Assembly: GCA_965279515.1 (NCBI GenBank)
Contig: CBDIID010000003.1
Coordinates: 4,256,001 to 4,320,000, forward strand
Direction of reading: 5' to 3'
DNA: 64,000 nt
DNA from: Turneriella sp.
GTDB lineage: Bacteria > Spirochaetota > Leptospiria > Turneriellales > Turneriellaceae
A model generated the notes under the pieces. The model was given only the letters and a program-made list of their open reading frames with translations. It ran no database searches and was not told the origin of the DNA. The position numbers were made by a program, and so were the translations under genes. Below, piece by piece: positions 18,563 through 28,108 of this stretch. The first letter of the stretch is position 1. Each line of letters starts with the position of its first letter.

Positions 18563-19441
18563 CTACGCAGCTCCCGCTTTGGAGAGGGATTTTTCCTGGA
18601 TCGCGACATAACGCTCGGCGATACGCTGCGCGAGATGGCGCACGCGGGCGATATACGTCTGCCGTTCTGTCGGCGAAACGGCGCCGCGCGCATGCAGCAG
18701 ATTGAAGGTGTGCGAACACTTCAGCATGTAGTCATAGGCGGGAAAAACCAGCGGTTCTTTTTCCCAGTCAAGAATACGTTTCGATTCTTCTTCATATTCA
18801 TCGAACCACTTGAAGAGTTTTTTTGTATCGGCGAGCTCGAAGTTATAGTGCGAATATTCCCACTCGGTCTGCGTGTGGATATCGCCGTACTTCATGGTCT
18901 TGTTCCACTGGACCTCGAAAATGCTTTCAACACCTTGCAGGTACATCGCGAGGCGTTCGAGGCCATAGGTGTATTCGACCGAAATTGGTTTCAGCGGCAG
19001 AGATCCGCATTGCTGAAAGTAAGTGAACTGTGTGACTTCCATGCCATTGAGCCAGACTTCCCACCCGAGACCCGAGGCGCCGAGCGTGGGGGACTCCCAA
19101 TCGTCTTGCACGAAACGGATATCGTGCTCTTCGAGCTTGAAGCCCAGCGCTCGCAGGCTGCCGAGGTAAACTTCCTGGGCATCGGGCGGCGACGGCTTCA
19201 TGATAACCTGGTACTGGTAATAATGCTGCCCGCGGTTGGGATTTTCACCGTAGCGGCCATCGGTCGGCCGGCGTGAAGGTTCGACGTAGGCCACGGACCA
19301 CGGCTTGGGCCCCAGCACGCGCAGGAACGTATGCGGGTTAAAAGTGCCCGCGCCGACCTCCATGTCGATGCCCTGGGCGATGACGCAGCCCTGGGCCGCC
19401 CAGTACTGGTTCAGTGTGGCGATGATGTCCTGAAAATACAT
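18563..19441 (-). CDS. glyQ: Glycine-tRNA ligase alpha subunit
   Basis: [27 protein letters not shown] and TYGLERL. Confidence 0.97.
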   Translation of the reverse strand: MYFQDIIATLNQYWAAQGCVIAQGIDMEVGAGTFNPHTFLRVLGPKPWSVAYVEPSRRPTDGRYGENPNRGQHYYQYQVIMKPSPPDAQEVYLGSLRALGFKLEEHDIRFVQDDWESPTLGASGLGWEVWLNGMEVTQFTYFQQCGSLPLKPISVEYTYGLERLAMYLQGVESIFEVQWNKTMKYGDIHTQTEWEYSHYNFELADTKKLFKWFDEYEEESKRILDWEKEPLVFPAYDYMLKCSHTFNLLHARGAVSPTERQTYIARVRHLAQRIAERYVAIQEKSLSKAGAA

Positions 19442-19591
19442 GCGGTAGATTCGCCGCGCTGCGACAGCACGTCACGCGATGTCGGTGCCATGCCCCCCGT
19501 AAACAAGGTAGTTATCCGCGGTTTTCCATGGAATTCCCCCGATTGACCCGGAGCAAAATCTGCGTTAAACCAGCCCTACACGGAGATAACC

Positions 19592-21121
19592 ATGGCAAAA
19601 AAACTCAGGGATCAATATGATGCAATTGTTATCGGTGCCGGTTGCGGCGGCGTGACGGTAGCATCGCTGCTGGCCAAAAAAGGCAGGGATGTCTTGCTTC
19701 TCGAGCAGGGCGATTTTATCGGCGGTTGTTGTTCGACCTTCGAGAAAAAAGGGTTCCGGTTCGATGCCGGCGCTTCCATTCTCGAAGATATCGAAATCAT
19801 TGATCAGGTCTACCAGCGCCTGGGTTCTTCTCTGGCAAAAGAAGTTAAACTCAAGGTCTGCGACCCCGTTTATGATGTGTTGCTCAGCGATGGTTCGAAG
19901 CTGCGTATTCCCCTCGATTCTGACAAGACCGCTGACGAGATCGCGCATATTTCACCGGGGGATGGCAGGCGCTGGAAAAAATACGCCCGCCGCCTCGGTG
20001 AGTTTCTCGACACCGCGCTGCGCGGTTTTTTCGTCATGCCGGCCAATACCCTCGGCGATATGCTGAGAATTTTTAAACGCACGCCTGCGCTCCTGAAATT
20101 CGGTACTCTGTTCGCCGGCAGTTACCAGGGGCTGATGCAGAGATATTTTAAAGACAAACGCATTCTCGAAAGTATGTCGTTCCAGAGCTTCTATGTGGGA
20201 TTACCCCCGGCGCTCGCTCCGGCGTATTTTGCGATGCTGCCTTATTCCGAACACCGCGGCGTCTATTATCCCGAGGGCGGCATGGGGCGCGTTCCCGAAG
20301 GTATCTTACGTCTCGGAAAAAAAACGGGTCTTGAGGTGGCACTGAAAACCGCGGTCGCAAAAATTCTGGTAAAGAACCGCAAGGCATACGGCGTCGAACT
20401 CGCCGATGGCCGAAAGATTTTAAGCTCTGTGGTCGTCTCCGGTATCAATGCCAAGAGCATGTACCAGAAGATGATCGGTCATGAACACCTGCCGTGGATT
20501 GTGCGTGCGGGCCTCAAGAGCTATGAATATTCGATGGCGACGCCGATGATCTATCTCGGCCTCGACTACCGCCCGCCGCTCACGGCGCACCATACATTGG
20601 TGACGATACCCACTGCGGCGATGAACCGATATTGGTACGATTATTATAAGAAGGGGATCTATCCCAAAGAACAGTTCGGCATTATTTGCTGGCCGACATT
20701 TTCTGACCCTGGTATGGCGCCGCGCGGCAAACATATTCTGATTCTGACGCTTGCGCCGGGACCTTACCGGTTAAAAGATAAAAACTGGGATGAGGTAAAG
20801 GAGGAACTGATGGCAGGTATCATCGACTATTATTCGAATAAATATATTCCGGGCCTGAAGGAACATGTCCGGGTCGCCGAGTTTTCGACGCCGCTCGATT
20901 TCGAACGCCGCCTTTTGTCACCCGAGGGCGCCATCTATGCGTTGCGCCAGGATGTGACGAATGCGAGCGTATTTCGTCCCGCGGCGCGCTCGAAAAGTAT
21001 CCGGAATCTCTACCTGGTGGGTGCATCGACGCATCCCGGGGGCGGAGTGCCCACGACGATTGCATCGGGAATGATCGGCGCAGATCTCATCGAAGCTGAT
21101 CTTGCGGGGCGCAAGATATGA
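19592..21121 (+). CDS. Phytoene desaturase (CrtI)-family FAD oxidoreductase
   Basis: GAGCGG, GFRFDAG, YYPEGGM and NLYLVGASTHPGGGVP. Confidence 0.85.
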   Translation: MAKKLRDQYDAIVIGAGCGGVTVASLLAKKGRDVLLLEQGDFIGGCCSTFEKKGFRFDAGASILEDIEIIDQVYQRLGSSLAKEVKLKVCDPVYDVLLSDGSKLRIPLDSDKTADEIAHISPGDGRRWKKYARRLGEFLDTALRGFFVMPANTLGDMLRIFKRTPALLKFGTLFAGSYQGLMQRYFKDKRILESMSFQSFYVGLPPALAPAYFAMLPYSEHRGVYYPEGGMGRVPEGILRLGKKTGLEVALKTAVAKILVKNRKAYGVELADGRKILSSVVVSGINAKSMYQKMIGHEHLPWIVRAGLKSYEYSMATPMIYLGLDYRPPLTAHHTLVTIPTAAMNRYWYDYYKKGIYPKEQFGIICWPTFSDPGMAPRGKHILILTLAPGPYRLKDKNWDEVKEELMAGIIDYYSNKYIPGLKEHVRVAEFSTPLDFERRLLSPEGAIYALRQDVTNASVFRPAARSKSIRNLYLVGASTHPGGGVPTTIASGMIGADLIEADLAGRKI

Positions 21122-21255
21122 GCCCGGTGATCTGGGTGATTCTGGGTGTTGGCGCGGTGCTGCTGGTTTGGCTGTTTGCCAGCAGCGCGCGCCGTCATTT
21201 TATCGCCAGCCTGTTGCGGCAGGCGATCTACCTGATTCCCCGCTATTTCGTCTGA
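21118..21255 (+). CDS. Small membrane protein (45 aa), not in the ORF track
   Basis: MSPVIWVILGVGAVLLVWLFASSARRHFIASLLRQAIYLIPRYFV; ATGA overlap with the upstream gene; exactly fills the gap. Confidence 0.65.
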   Translation: MSPVIWVILGVGAVLLVWLFASSARRHFIASLLRQAIYLIPRYFV

Positions 21256-22014
21256 TTATTTCAGGAATTTTTCCAGGGTAATCAGGCGGTTCACCTCGCC
21301 GGTGGTGTCGAACAGCTTGCCGTTATCGTTCAGTTTAAAGTTGCCGTGCTGCAGGTGGCAGTTGGTGCAGCCGACATTGTTCTTCGCCGACAGCGCCATC
21401 ATCTTCTTGACGATGCGGGCCTTGGCGCCGAGCTTCTTAAAATTCCACCAGGTGGTGATATCGTCACCGCCATCGAGCCACTCTGTCTTCACGATTTCAT
21501 TGGGGGCAATTTCTGACGCGGCGCTGGCACCGTTGGGTTGGAATTTCAGCTTCTCGCCCTCGGCGACGATCTTGCCGGTGAACTCGCCCTTGTCTTTGAT
21601 GGTTACACGATAGTTACAGTTATTAACCCGGGGCAGGTGGCAGGTGCCGCAGGATTTTAAGGAATCGCTGCAGGAATCCGATTCTGCAGGTACTGCTACT
21701 GCAGGCTTGGCAGGAGCGGGAGACGCCGGTTTTTTAGGGGCCGCGATCAGCATTGCAGCGCCTAATTGGGCAAACTCATTGTCATTGAAGCTTTGGTTGA
21801 TTTTGGTTTCTTTTCCCTTGAGTCGGTTCAGTACCTGCTCAATGCATTCATCCTTGATTGGCGCCACGAGGTGGTGGGTCATCTTCAGCATGAAGCGGAC
21901 TTTTTCATCGTCGTTGTTCCAGAGTTTGCCCGGCGTTACTTGCGGTTGTACCGGGGTAGATCCGCATTGGGCGAGAACCGCAAGGAGCAGGGTGGGGATA
22001 AGCAGGCTGCGCAT
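21256..22014 (-). CDS. Putative di-heme c-type cytochrome lipoprotein
   Basis: LAQC lipobox; CGTCH and CTNCH motifs. Confidence 0.7.
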   Translation of the reverse strand: MRSLLIPTLLLAVLAQCGSTPVQPQVTPGKLWNNDDEKVRFMLKMTHHLVAPIKDECIEQVLNRLKGKETKINQSFNDNEFAQLGAAMLIAAPKKPASPAPAKPAVAVPAESDSCSDSLKSCGTCHLPRVNNCNYRVTIKDKGEFTGKIVAEGEKLKFQPNGASAASEIAPNEIVKTEWLDGGDDITTWWNFKKLGAKARIVKKMMALSAKNNVGCTNCHLQHGNFKLNDNGKLFDTTGEVNRLITLEKFLK

Positions 22015-22102
22015 CGGCCATTCTGGGCCGGCCCTAAACGGCGGCGACGAAAATTTCAATCTGCTTGACTCGGCTCCCTTAAATCCCGGCTTTGCCTGAA
22101 GC

Positions 22103-22765
22103 ATGAGCGCCAGGGCCCCCTATATCGCCTTCTTTGATCTCGATGAAACGCTGCTCGCGAAAAACAGCGGCCGCGTTTTTTGGGATTATTGCCTCGAACA
22201 CAAGATCTATTCTGCTACCGATGTCAGTTACCTCGGCTTTGCGTTGTTTAAATTCCTGGTGGGCATCGATGACACCGAAGATTTTGTCCGTACCTGGGCC
22301 AGCGTCTTCAGAGGCTGGAGCCAGGAAAAAATGGAAGAAGTGACGCGCGAACTCTTCGATCTGAGAATCAAGCAGATCATACGGCAGGGCGCCGAAGCAG
22401 AAGTCCAAAAACATAAGGCAGCGGGTGCCCGCACAGTGATTCTTTCGGCTTCGACACGTTATGTCTGCGAGCCGGTCAAAAACCACCTCGCCATGGATGA
22501 GGCGCTGTGCACTGCGCTCGCGATCGAGAACGGTAAATTTACCGGTACGCTCGCAAGCCCCTATATCTTCGGCGAACAGAAATATCTCTCGGCGCTGTCT
22601 TATGCGCAGGAACACGGCTACGACCTCTCGCAATGTTATTATTACGGCGATGCCTATACCGACCGTTTTGTCATGGAGGCGGTGGGTTTTCCGGTCTGCG
22701 TCACTCCCGACAGGAAACTCAGGGCGCACGCGGCGCAAAAGAACTGGAGCATCGTAGAATGGTAG
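22103..22765 (+). CDS. HAD-IB (SerB/PlsC-like) hydrolase
   Basis: FFDLDETL, ILSAS and YGDAYTD. Confidence 0.9.
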   Translation: MSARAPYIAFFDLDETLLAKNSGRVFWDYCLEHKIYSATDVSYLGFALFKFLVGIDDTEDFVRTWASVFRGWSQEKMEEVTRELFDLRIKQIIRQGAEAEVQKHKAAGARTVILSASTRYVCEPVKNHLAMDEALCTALAIENGKFTGTLASPYIFGEQKYLSALSYAQEHGYDLSQCYYYGDAYTDRFVMEAVGFPVCVTPDRKLRAHAAQKNWSIVEW

Positions 22766-22802
22766 TCACGGTAAGGCCGATTTAAGTTCAGTCGGAATCG
22801 GC

Positions 22803-23306
22803 ATGGCAGACGCGGCTCACACGGCCACATACAGTTTCTCACCCCCCTTCGAAAAAAGGTTCCTGGAGATAGAGAAAAAATTTCCCAAACGTTCATCGCT
22901 GGTGCTGTGGTCGTTGCACCTCGCGCAGGAAGATATCGGCTATATTACCCCCGCCGTCGTTGACTATGTCGCCGCGCGTGTCGGGGTCTCTCCCGCATGG
23001 GTCAAGGGCGTCGTTTCGTTCTATTCGATGTTCCGTGAAAAGCCCATCGGCAAGTACCATCTCAATGTCTGCGGCAATCTCATTTGCCAGCTGATGGGTT
23101 CAGATAAGATCGAGAAGTGTATCAAAGACAAGCTGAATATCGGTGACGGCCAAACCACCCCCGACGGCAAGTTTACCTACACCCGCCAGGTCGAGTGCCT
23201 GGCCGCCTGTGGTTATGCCCCGGCGATGCTGGTGAACAATGATTTCCATGAACTTTTGACCCCCGAGTCAGTCGCCAAGCTCATCGACGAACTTTCAGCA
23301 AAATAA
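22803..23306 (+). CDS. nuoE: NADH-quinone oxidoreductase subunit E
   Basis: GVVSFYSMF, C-x4-C and ECLAACGYAP. Confidence 0.92.
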   Translation: MADAAHTATYSFSPPFEKRFLEIEKKFPKRSSLVLWSLHLAQEDIGYITPAVVDYVAARVGVSPAWVKGVVSFYSMFREKPIGKYHLNVCGNLICQLMGSDKIEKCIKDKLNIGDGQTTPDGKFTYTRQVECLAACGYAPAMLVNNDFHELLTPESVAKLIDELSAK

Positions 23307-23422
23307 GCAACCACAAGCCTGCCATAGCGAAAACAGCCCGTATCCTTGTTGACGCGGTGTTTTATTTACCTGTTTCTCCGCACGCGGGGATTTGGATCTA
23401 ACCCTTTCGAAAAACCGCATTT

Positions 23423-23495
23423 GCTGCCTTAGCTCAGCCGGTAGAGCAACTGCCTTGTAAGCAGTAGGTCGTCAGTTCGATTCTGACAGGCAGCT
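23423..23495 (+). tRNA. tRNA-Thr(TGT); CCA not encoded
   Basis: Acceptor gctgcct/aggcagc, anticodon arm actgc-cttgtaa-gcagt, GTTCGA T-loop. Confidence 0.96.
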
Positions 23496-23497
23496 CA

Positions 23498-23548
23498 AGA
23501 CACGAGGTCTAGAGGTCGGCGGCGCGCATGGACGCGCTCCGTGCCGAC
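23498..23548 (+). repeat. Two-hairpin GGA-loop element, copy D (tRNA spacer)
   Basis: agac-acgag-gtct agag gtcggcg[gcgc-atggac-gcgc]tccgt gccgac. Confidence 0.7.
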
Positions 23549-23561
23549 GACCCAGTCTTAG

Positions 23562-23644
23562 GGGTAGGTGGCCGAGTGGTTAATGGCGCTAGACTGTAAA
23601 TCTAGTCTCTCCGGAGTACGAAGGTTCGAATCCTTCCCTGCCCA
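23562..23644 (+). tRNA. tRNA-Tyr(GTA); CCA not encoded
   Basis: Acceptor gggtagg/cctgccc, ctaga-ctgtaaa-tctag, long variable arm, GGTTCGAATCC. Confidence 0.96.
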
Positions 23645-23651
23645 CAATTGG

Positions 23652-23690
23652 ATCCCTTGCGTGGAGCACCCACGCAGGGGATTTTTATTT
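23652..23690 (+). terminator. Intrinsic terminator after the tRNA pair
   Basis: atcccttgcgtgg/ccacgcaggggat stem followed by ttttattt. Confidence 0.75.
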
Positions 23691-24462
23691 AAAGCTTAAT
23701 CTCCAGCACGACCGGGCAGTGGTCCGAGCCCATATGATCGTTCAGATGGCGAATGTCTTTCACCGCCTTATACAACGGTTCATCGATCACAAAATAGTCA
23801 ATTCTCCAACCGATATTACGCGCCCGCGCATTTGTGATCACCTGCCACCAGGTATACGATACCTTCTCAGGGTATTTCGTCCGGAAAACGTCGACCCACT
23901 TGTCGGCAACGAGGCGGTCGACCCAGGCGCGCTCTTCGGGGCGAAAACCCACGGTTTTCTCGTTCTCTTTGGGGCGCGCGAGGTCGATCGGCTGGTGCGC
24001 GACATTGAGGTCGCCGGTGAAAATGACCTTGTTCTTCTTCTTACGCAGGTCTTTGATGTACTTGTGGAAATGATCGAAAAACACGAGCTTCTCTTTCCAT
24101 GCGGCGTCGGATTTCCCGCCGTTCGGGAAGTAGTTACCGAAGACGACTAAATCCCCCGCTTTGACGCCTAAAACGCGGCCTTCATGGTCGTTCCACTTCG
24201 GCATACCGCGCAGAATCTCTACCTTCGGAAAGAGCTTCTTCTTGATGAAGACCCCTGTGCCCGAATAGCCGGGTTTCTCAGCGCTGTGGTAATGTGCTTC
24301 ATAGCCCGGCGGATTGACCAGTGCGTCGGAGAGTTGCTCGACCTTGGCCTTGATCTCCTGGATAAAGAGGATATCCGGCTTTTCTTCTTTAATCAGCTTA
24401 TCGAGCTCACCTTTTTTCTCAATGGCGCGGATGCCGTTGACATTGAATGAAATAATTTTCAT
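23689..24462 (-). CDS. xth: Exodeoxyribonuclease III / AP endonuclease
   Basis: SFNVNGIRA, QEIK, GDLNVAH, GWRIDYF and GSDHCP. Confidence 0.95.
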   Translation of the reverse strand: MKIISFNVNGIRAIEKKGELDKLIKEEKPDILFIQEIKAKVEQLSDALVNPPGYEAHYHSAEKPGYSGTGVFIKKKLFPKVEILRGMPKWNDHEGRVLGVKAGDLVVFGNYFPNGGKSDAAWKEKLVFFDHFHKYIKDLRKKKNKVIFTGDLNVAHQPIDLARPKENEKTVGFRPEERAWVDRLVADKWVDVFRTKYPEKVSYTWWQVITNARARNIGWRIDYFVIDEPLYKAVKDIRHLNDHMGSDHCPVVLEIKL

Positions 24463-24550
24463 GGTACAAGGATGTACCTTGGTCGGCGGCGACAAGGATG
24501 TTCAAGCCCGCCGACCATGGTACCAGGATGTTACCCAAGGTCGGCGGCGA
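24463..24550 (+). repeat. Two-hairpin GGA-loop element, copy E (56-nt unit plus partial tandem copy)
   Basis: ggtac-aaggat-gtacc tt ggtcggcgg cgacaaggatgttcaagc ccgccgacc, then atggtaccaggatgttacccaaggtcggcggcg. Confidence 0.8.
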
Positions 24551-24627
24551 AAATAACTAAAACAGCCCTTATTTTCAGCGCTGTGAATGCCGAAATTGAA
24601 CTGACGGGGTATAAACCGTTAACCTAT

Positions 24628-25503
24628 ATGCGCGCCTTGGTAATTATGTCTCTTGCCGTCCTGGCAACCCTGTCTCCCCTCGCGGCGCAGTTTCTCTCCC
24701 CCGAAGATACGGTCAAATTTGCCCCCGCAAGCGAACCCTCGCCGGTCTATACGCCACCTGCAACGCCTGCCCCGCAGGCCGCGCCTGCGATTGCGGCGCC
24801 GGGCAGCGACGGTTACTTCGCCGATTTTGCCGCCTATGGCCGCGACAAGAATGTCATTCTCACCTGGCACCTGATGACGGGCCGCGCGATCGACAAGCGC
24901 ATGCAGATTTACCGTTTTTCTGAAGAGCCGCGTGTCATACACGACATCTCGAAAGGCACGCTGATTGCGAAACTCACGGGCGAAATCAATCTCTATGAGG
25001 ATGTACCGCCCGGGCGCGGCATGTATTATTATGCCATCTTTGTCGAAACGACACGCGGCCTCGAACCCGGTGCGTTTACCATGTCGCGCAACCTTGTGGG
25101 GCCGGTTTCATACCTGGGAACGGGCGCTGCCGCGAAGACAAGTTTTGATCCCGAGAAGGGCTCTTACAAGCGCCCCGAGTTTTCATCCAACGAACTCGAC
25201 AGCGAAGACATGCCGGCGCGCCACGATGATTTGGACGACGGCGCGGGCCGCGGGATTAACGGCGTCATCCGCCGTACCTACCTGAAAGGTGATTTTTCCG
25301 GAACCGTGCGCGGCATGAAACCCTTTTTGCGCAACAGCTCGGCGAAGGTGCGGGCGAAGGCGATGTTTTATACCGGGCTGGCGCGCTACCGCATGGAACA
25401 GTTTGACCGCGCGCTTAAGTATTTTGAGCATCCGCTGACACAAAAATTTTACCGCCGTAACGCGGAATTCTGGATCAACCGCATGGCGGAGAACTCGAGG
25501 TAA
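24628..25503 (+). CDS. Exported hypothetical protein with C-terminal TPR-like helices
   Basis: Signal peptide, Pro-rich linker, AMFYTGLARYRMEQFDRALKYF. Confidence 0.7.
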   Translation: MRALVIMSLAVLATLSPLAAQFLSPEDTVKFAPASEPSPVYTPPATPAPQAAPAIAAPGSDGYFADFAAYGRDKNVILTWHLMTGRAIDKRMQIYRFSEEPRVIHDISKGTLIAKLTGEINLYEDVPPGRGMYYYAIFVETTRGLEPGAFTMSRNLVGPVSYLGTGAAAKTSFDPEKGSYKRPEFSSNELDSEDMPARHDDLDDGAGRGINGVIRRTYLKGDFSGTVRGMKPFLRNSSAKVRAKAMFYTGLARYRMEQFDRALKYFEHPLTQKFYRRNAEFWINRMAENSR

Positions 25504-25504
25504 T

Positions 25505-26716
25505 ATGCGCAGTATAACAATCTGGGTCGGAGCAATCGTTTTTACTATTGGCGCCGGCGTCTTTCTTATCGAGCGCGAGTATATCTCGGGCGACAAGGCG
25601 GCGCGAGTGCGCCTCGAGCAGGGCAAGCTGCAGCTCGAGCGTTTCGATGAAGATGGCCTGCGCAAAGGCATCGATGACCTGACGGCGGTCGTCGCGCAAT
25701 TCCCTGACAGCATTCACGCGCGTTCGGCGCGTTACCATCTCGCCGAGGCCTACGAGCGCCTCGGTATGCGTGATGTCGCGCTCGGCAAATACAAGAAGCT
25801 GCTCGAGATGCCGCTGACCGAAGAGCTGAAGACCCATGTGCGTTTCAAAATCGCCAAGCTGCAGGTGATGCGCAACTATTCTGACGAAGGCATGAACCAG
25901 CTGTTGCAGCTGCTCAATGGTACGGCAGATAAGCCCCTGCGTTCTGAAATTTATCTCGAAATCGGCAAGTACTACCACCGCAAGGGCCTTGGCCGCGACG
26001 CGGTCCGCAATTTCCAGAATGCGCTGACCGAGAATCCCGAAAACCGCGAGGTGCGCGCTGCACTGGGTTACGGCGACGCAGACTATAAGAACTCCGTCGC
26101 GCTCCACGGCATTCTGGACAAAACCGAATCCGTACCGGCCAAAGAAGAAAATCCTGCCAAGGCCGAAGGCAAATATGATCTCGCCGGGGGCATCCGCGCC
26201 TTTACCGTCGGCGAATACGGCAAAGCCGTGCGCCTGTTAACTCCCGCAGCGCGCTCTACTGGCCGCGACAGCGAAGATGCGCTGTATTACCTGGGCAATG
26301 CCTACCTGAAACTGAAACAATACCGCAATGCGATTCACTTTCTCAACAGAGCGGTGAGTAACAAATACCTCGACCGCGACGAAGCGGCGTATATCAAGAA
26401 GGGCGAAGCGTATTACCTGAGCAACCAGTTCTCGCGCGCGCTACGGGTTTTTACCTTTGCACGCACGCATTATCCGAATGGCAAGTATGCCCAGATCGCC
26501 CGCGACTGGGAAGCTGAAACCCGCAGCATGCTGGGTGAGAAGACCGGCGTCAAAAGCCTCGACGACGATGGCGACGACGACGATGAAGACGAAGATGTCC
26601 TCGGCGGCGTTGCGCATGCCGGGGACGAAGCCGCACCACGCCCGAAACAGCGCACGCAGACGGTGGCTAAATCAGAAGAAGTTACACTCGACGACGACGT
26701 CGAGGTGACGCCGTAA
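25505..26716 (+). CDS. Tetratricopeptide repeat protein
   Basis: Repeated ARYHLAEAY, ALYYLGNAY and AYIKKGEAYY; N-terminal TM; acidic tail. Confidence 0.85.
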   Translation: MRSITIWVGAIVFTIGAGVFLIEREYISGDKAARVRLEQGKLQLERFDEDGLRKGIDDLTAVVAQFPDSIHARSARYHLAEAYERLGMRDVALGKYKKLLEMPLTEELKTHVRFKIAKLQVMRNYSDEGMNQLLQLLNGTADKPLRSEIYLEIGKYYHRKGLGRDAVRNFQNALTENPENREVRAALGYGDADYKNSVALHGILDKTESVPAKEENPAKAEGKYDLAGGIRAFTVGEYGKAVRLLTPAARSTGRDSEDALYYLGNAYLKLKQYRNAIHFLNRAVSNKYLDRDEAAYIKKGEAYYLSNQFSRALRVFTFARTHYPNGKYAQIARDWEAETRSMLGEKTGVKSLDDDGDDDDEDEDVLGGVAHAGDEAAPRPKQRTQTVAKSEEVTLDDDVEVTP

Positions 26717-26719
26717 CGG

Positions 26720-28108
26720 TCAGAACTTCAGTTCTTCAATCATTTCTTCGATCTGCATCTGCAGGGCAGGGTCGGTATCAATGAGTTCCTTCACTTTCTG
26801 ATCGGCGTGCAGTACCGTTGTGTGGTCACGCTTGCCGAACGCGCTCGCGATATAACTTAACGTCGCGCCCTGTATCATACTTTTCGCGAGATGCATACAG
26901 ACGTGGCGGGCGAGAGCCACCTGTTCGGTGCGGTTTGAACCCAGAATCAGCGCTTCATCGACATGCAGAGTGCGCGACACAACCCTTAAGATATCTTCAA
27001 TCGTCACCTGGTGGATGCCGTTTTCCTGCGGCAGGGCCTTCAGTGACATTTTTGCCATCTGCAGGTCGATCGGGCGCTTTTCGTGCTGCGCTGTGAAGTG
27101 GAGAATGCTGAGCGCGGCTTCCATGGGACGCACCTGCGAAGTGAAACGGGTCGCGAGGTATTTCAGAACGTCGGGACCGATGGGTATTTCACCTTCCTGC
27201 GCCTTGGTTTTGAGGATCGCCATGCGCGTTTCAAAGTTCGGTGACTTGACGTCGACGATGAGACCCTGCTGAAAGCGGCTCTGTAAGCGGTCGTGTAGTT
27301 GCGGCAATGCCTGCGGGGGGCGGTCGGCTGAAATCACGATCTGTTTTTTATTCTGGTAGAAATAGTTGAAGGTGTGGAAAATCTCTTCTTGCGTGAAGTC
27401 GGCGTTCTTGCTGATGAACTGTACGTCGTCGAGCAGGAAGACATCCACGCTGCGGTAGCGCGTGCGGAAATAGGAGAGATTCTTGTCTTTCATCGCCTCG
27501 ATGAGGTCGCTCTGGAAGATCTCCGACGGGCAGTATTTGACCTTGAGCCAGGGATAAGCTGCCGCGACATGGTTGCCGATCGCCATCATCAGGTGCGTCT
27601 TACCCAGGCCCACACCGCCATAGATATAAAGAGGGTTATGGTAGTCATTGGGCTTCTGCGCGGCGCCGAATGCCGCGGCGTATGCATGCTCGTTCGAAGG
27701 GCCTTTGATAAAGCGATCGAAGGTATAGTTGGGATTCAGGTCGATTCTGTTCGGGAACGCCGTTTCGGGATTCTTTTGCTTTGCTGCGGGCAGGGCATCG
27801 AGGCGGGGAAGTCTCTCGGCTTCTGCCTGGCGGAAAATAATTTTGCCGGCAAAGCCCGTCGCAGCCGCCTCGTCGGCAATTCTCTTGCCGTACTGGCTTT
27901 GCAGGTGGCGTTCAATCTCGCTGTTGGGGCAGACGAGCACTAAATCGCCTGCGGAAAGGTCCGCTTTAACGTCTTTAAAGAACACGGCAAAAACAGGTGC
28001 GGAAATCTTCTTTCTCAGGCTCTCCTGGATGGGCAGCCAGACCTGGTTGGCCTCGGAAATACGTACAGATTCGGTAGGTGGGTTTAGATGTGTGTCGGCG
28101 TGGAGCAT
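26720..28108 (-). CDS. dnaA: Chromosomal replication initiator DnaA or paralog (start uncertain)
   Basis: LNPNYTFDRF, NPLYIYGGVGLGKTHL, LLDDVQF, RLQSRF and FGKRDHTTVLHA. Confidence 0.92.
   Translation of the reverse strand: MLHADTHLNPPTESVRISEANQVWLPIQESLRKKISAPVFAVFFKDVKADLSAGDLVLVCPNSEIERHLQSQYGKRIADEAAATGFAGKIIFRQAEAERLPRLDALPAAKQKNPETAFPNRIDLNPNYTFDRFIKGPSNEHAYAAAFGAAQKPNDYHNPLYIYGGVGLGKTHLMMAIGNHVAAAYPWLKVKYCPSEIFQSDLIEAMKDKNLSYFRTRYRSVDVFLLDDVQFISKNADFTQEEIFHTFNYFYQNKKQIVISADRPPQALPQLHDRLQSRFQQGLIVDVKSPNFETRMAILKTKAQEGEIPIGPDVLKYLATRFTSQVRPMEAALSILHFTAQHEKRPIDLQMAKMSLKALPQENGIHQVTIEDILRVVSRTLHVDEALILGSNRTEQVALARHVCMHLAKSMIQGATLSYIASAFGKRDHTTVLHADQKVKELIDTDPALQMQIEEMIEELKF

Noticed and set aside
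19451..19500. GC-rich segment upstream of glyQ as a T-box or element copy
   Set aside because: No T-box consensus, leader too short and stems do not pair convincingly
23423..23644. tRNA-anchored integrative element
   Set aside because: No duplicated tRNA 3' end or integrase nearby
24461..24550. Possible mini-CRISPR array
   Set aside because: Only about 1.5 units, no unique spacers and no cas genes; explained by the GGA element
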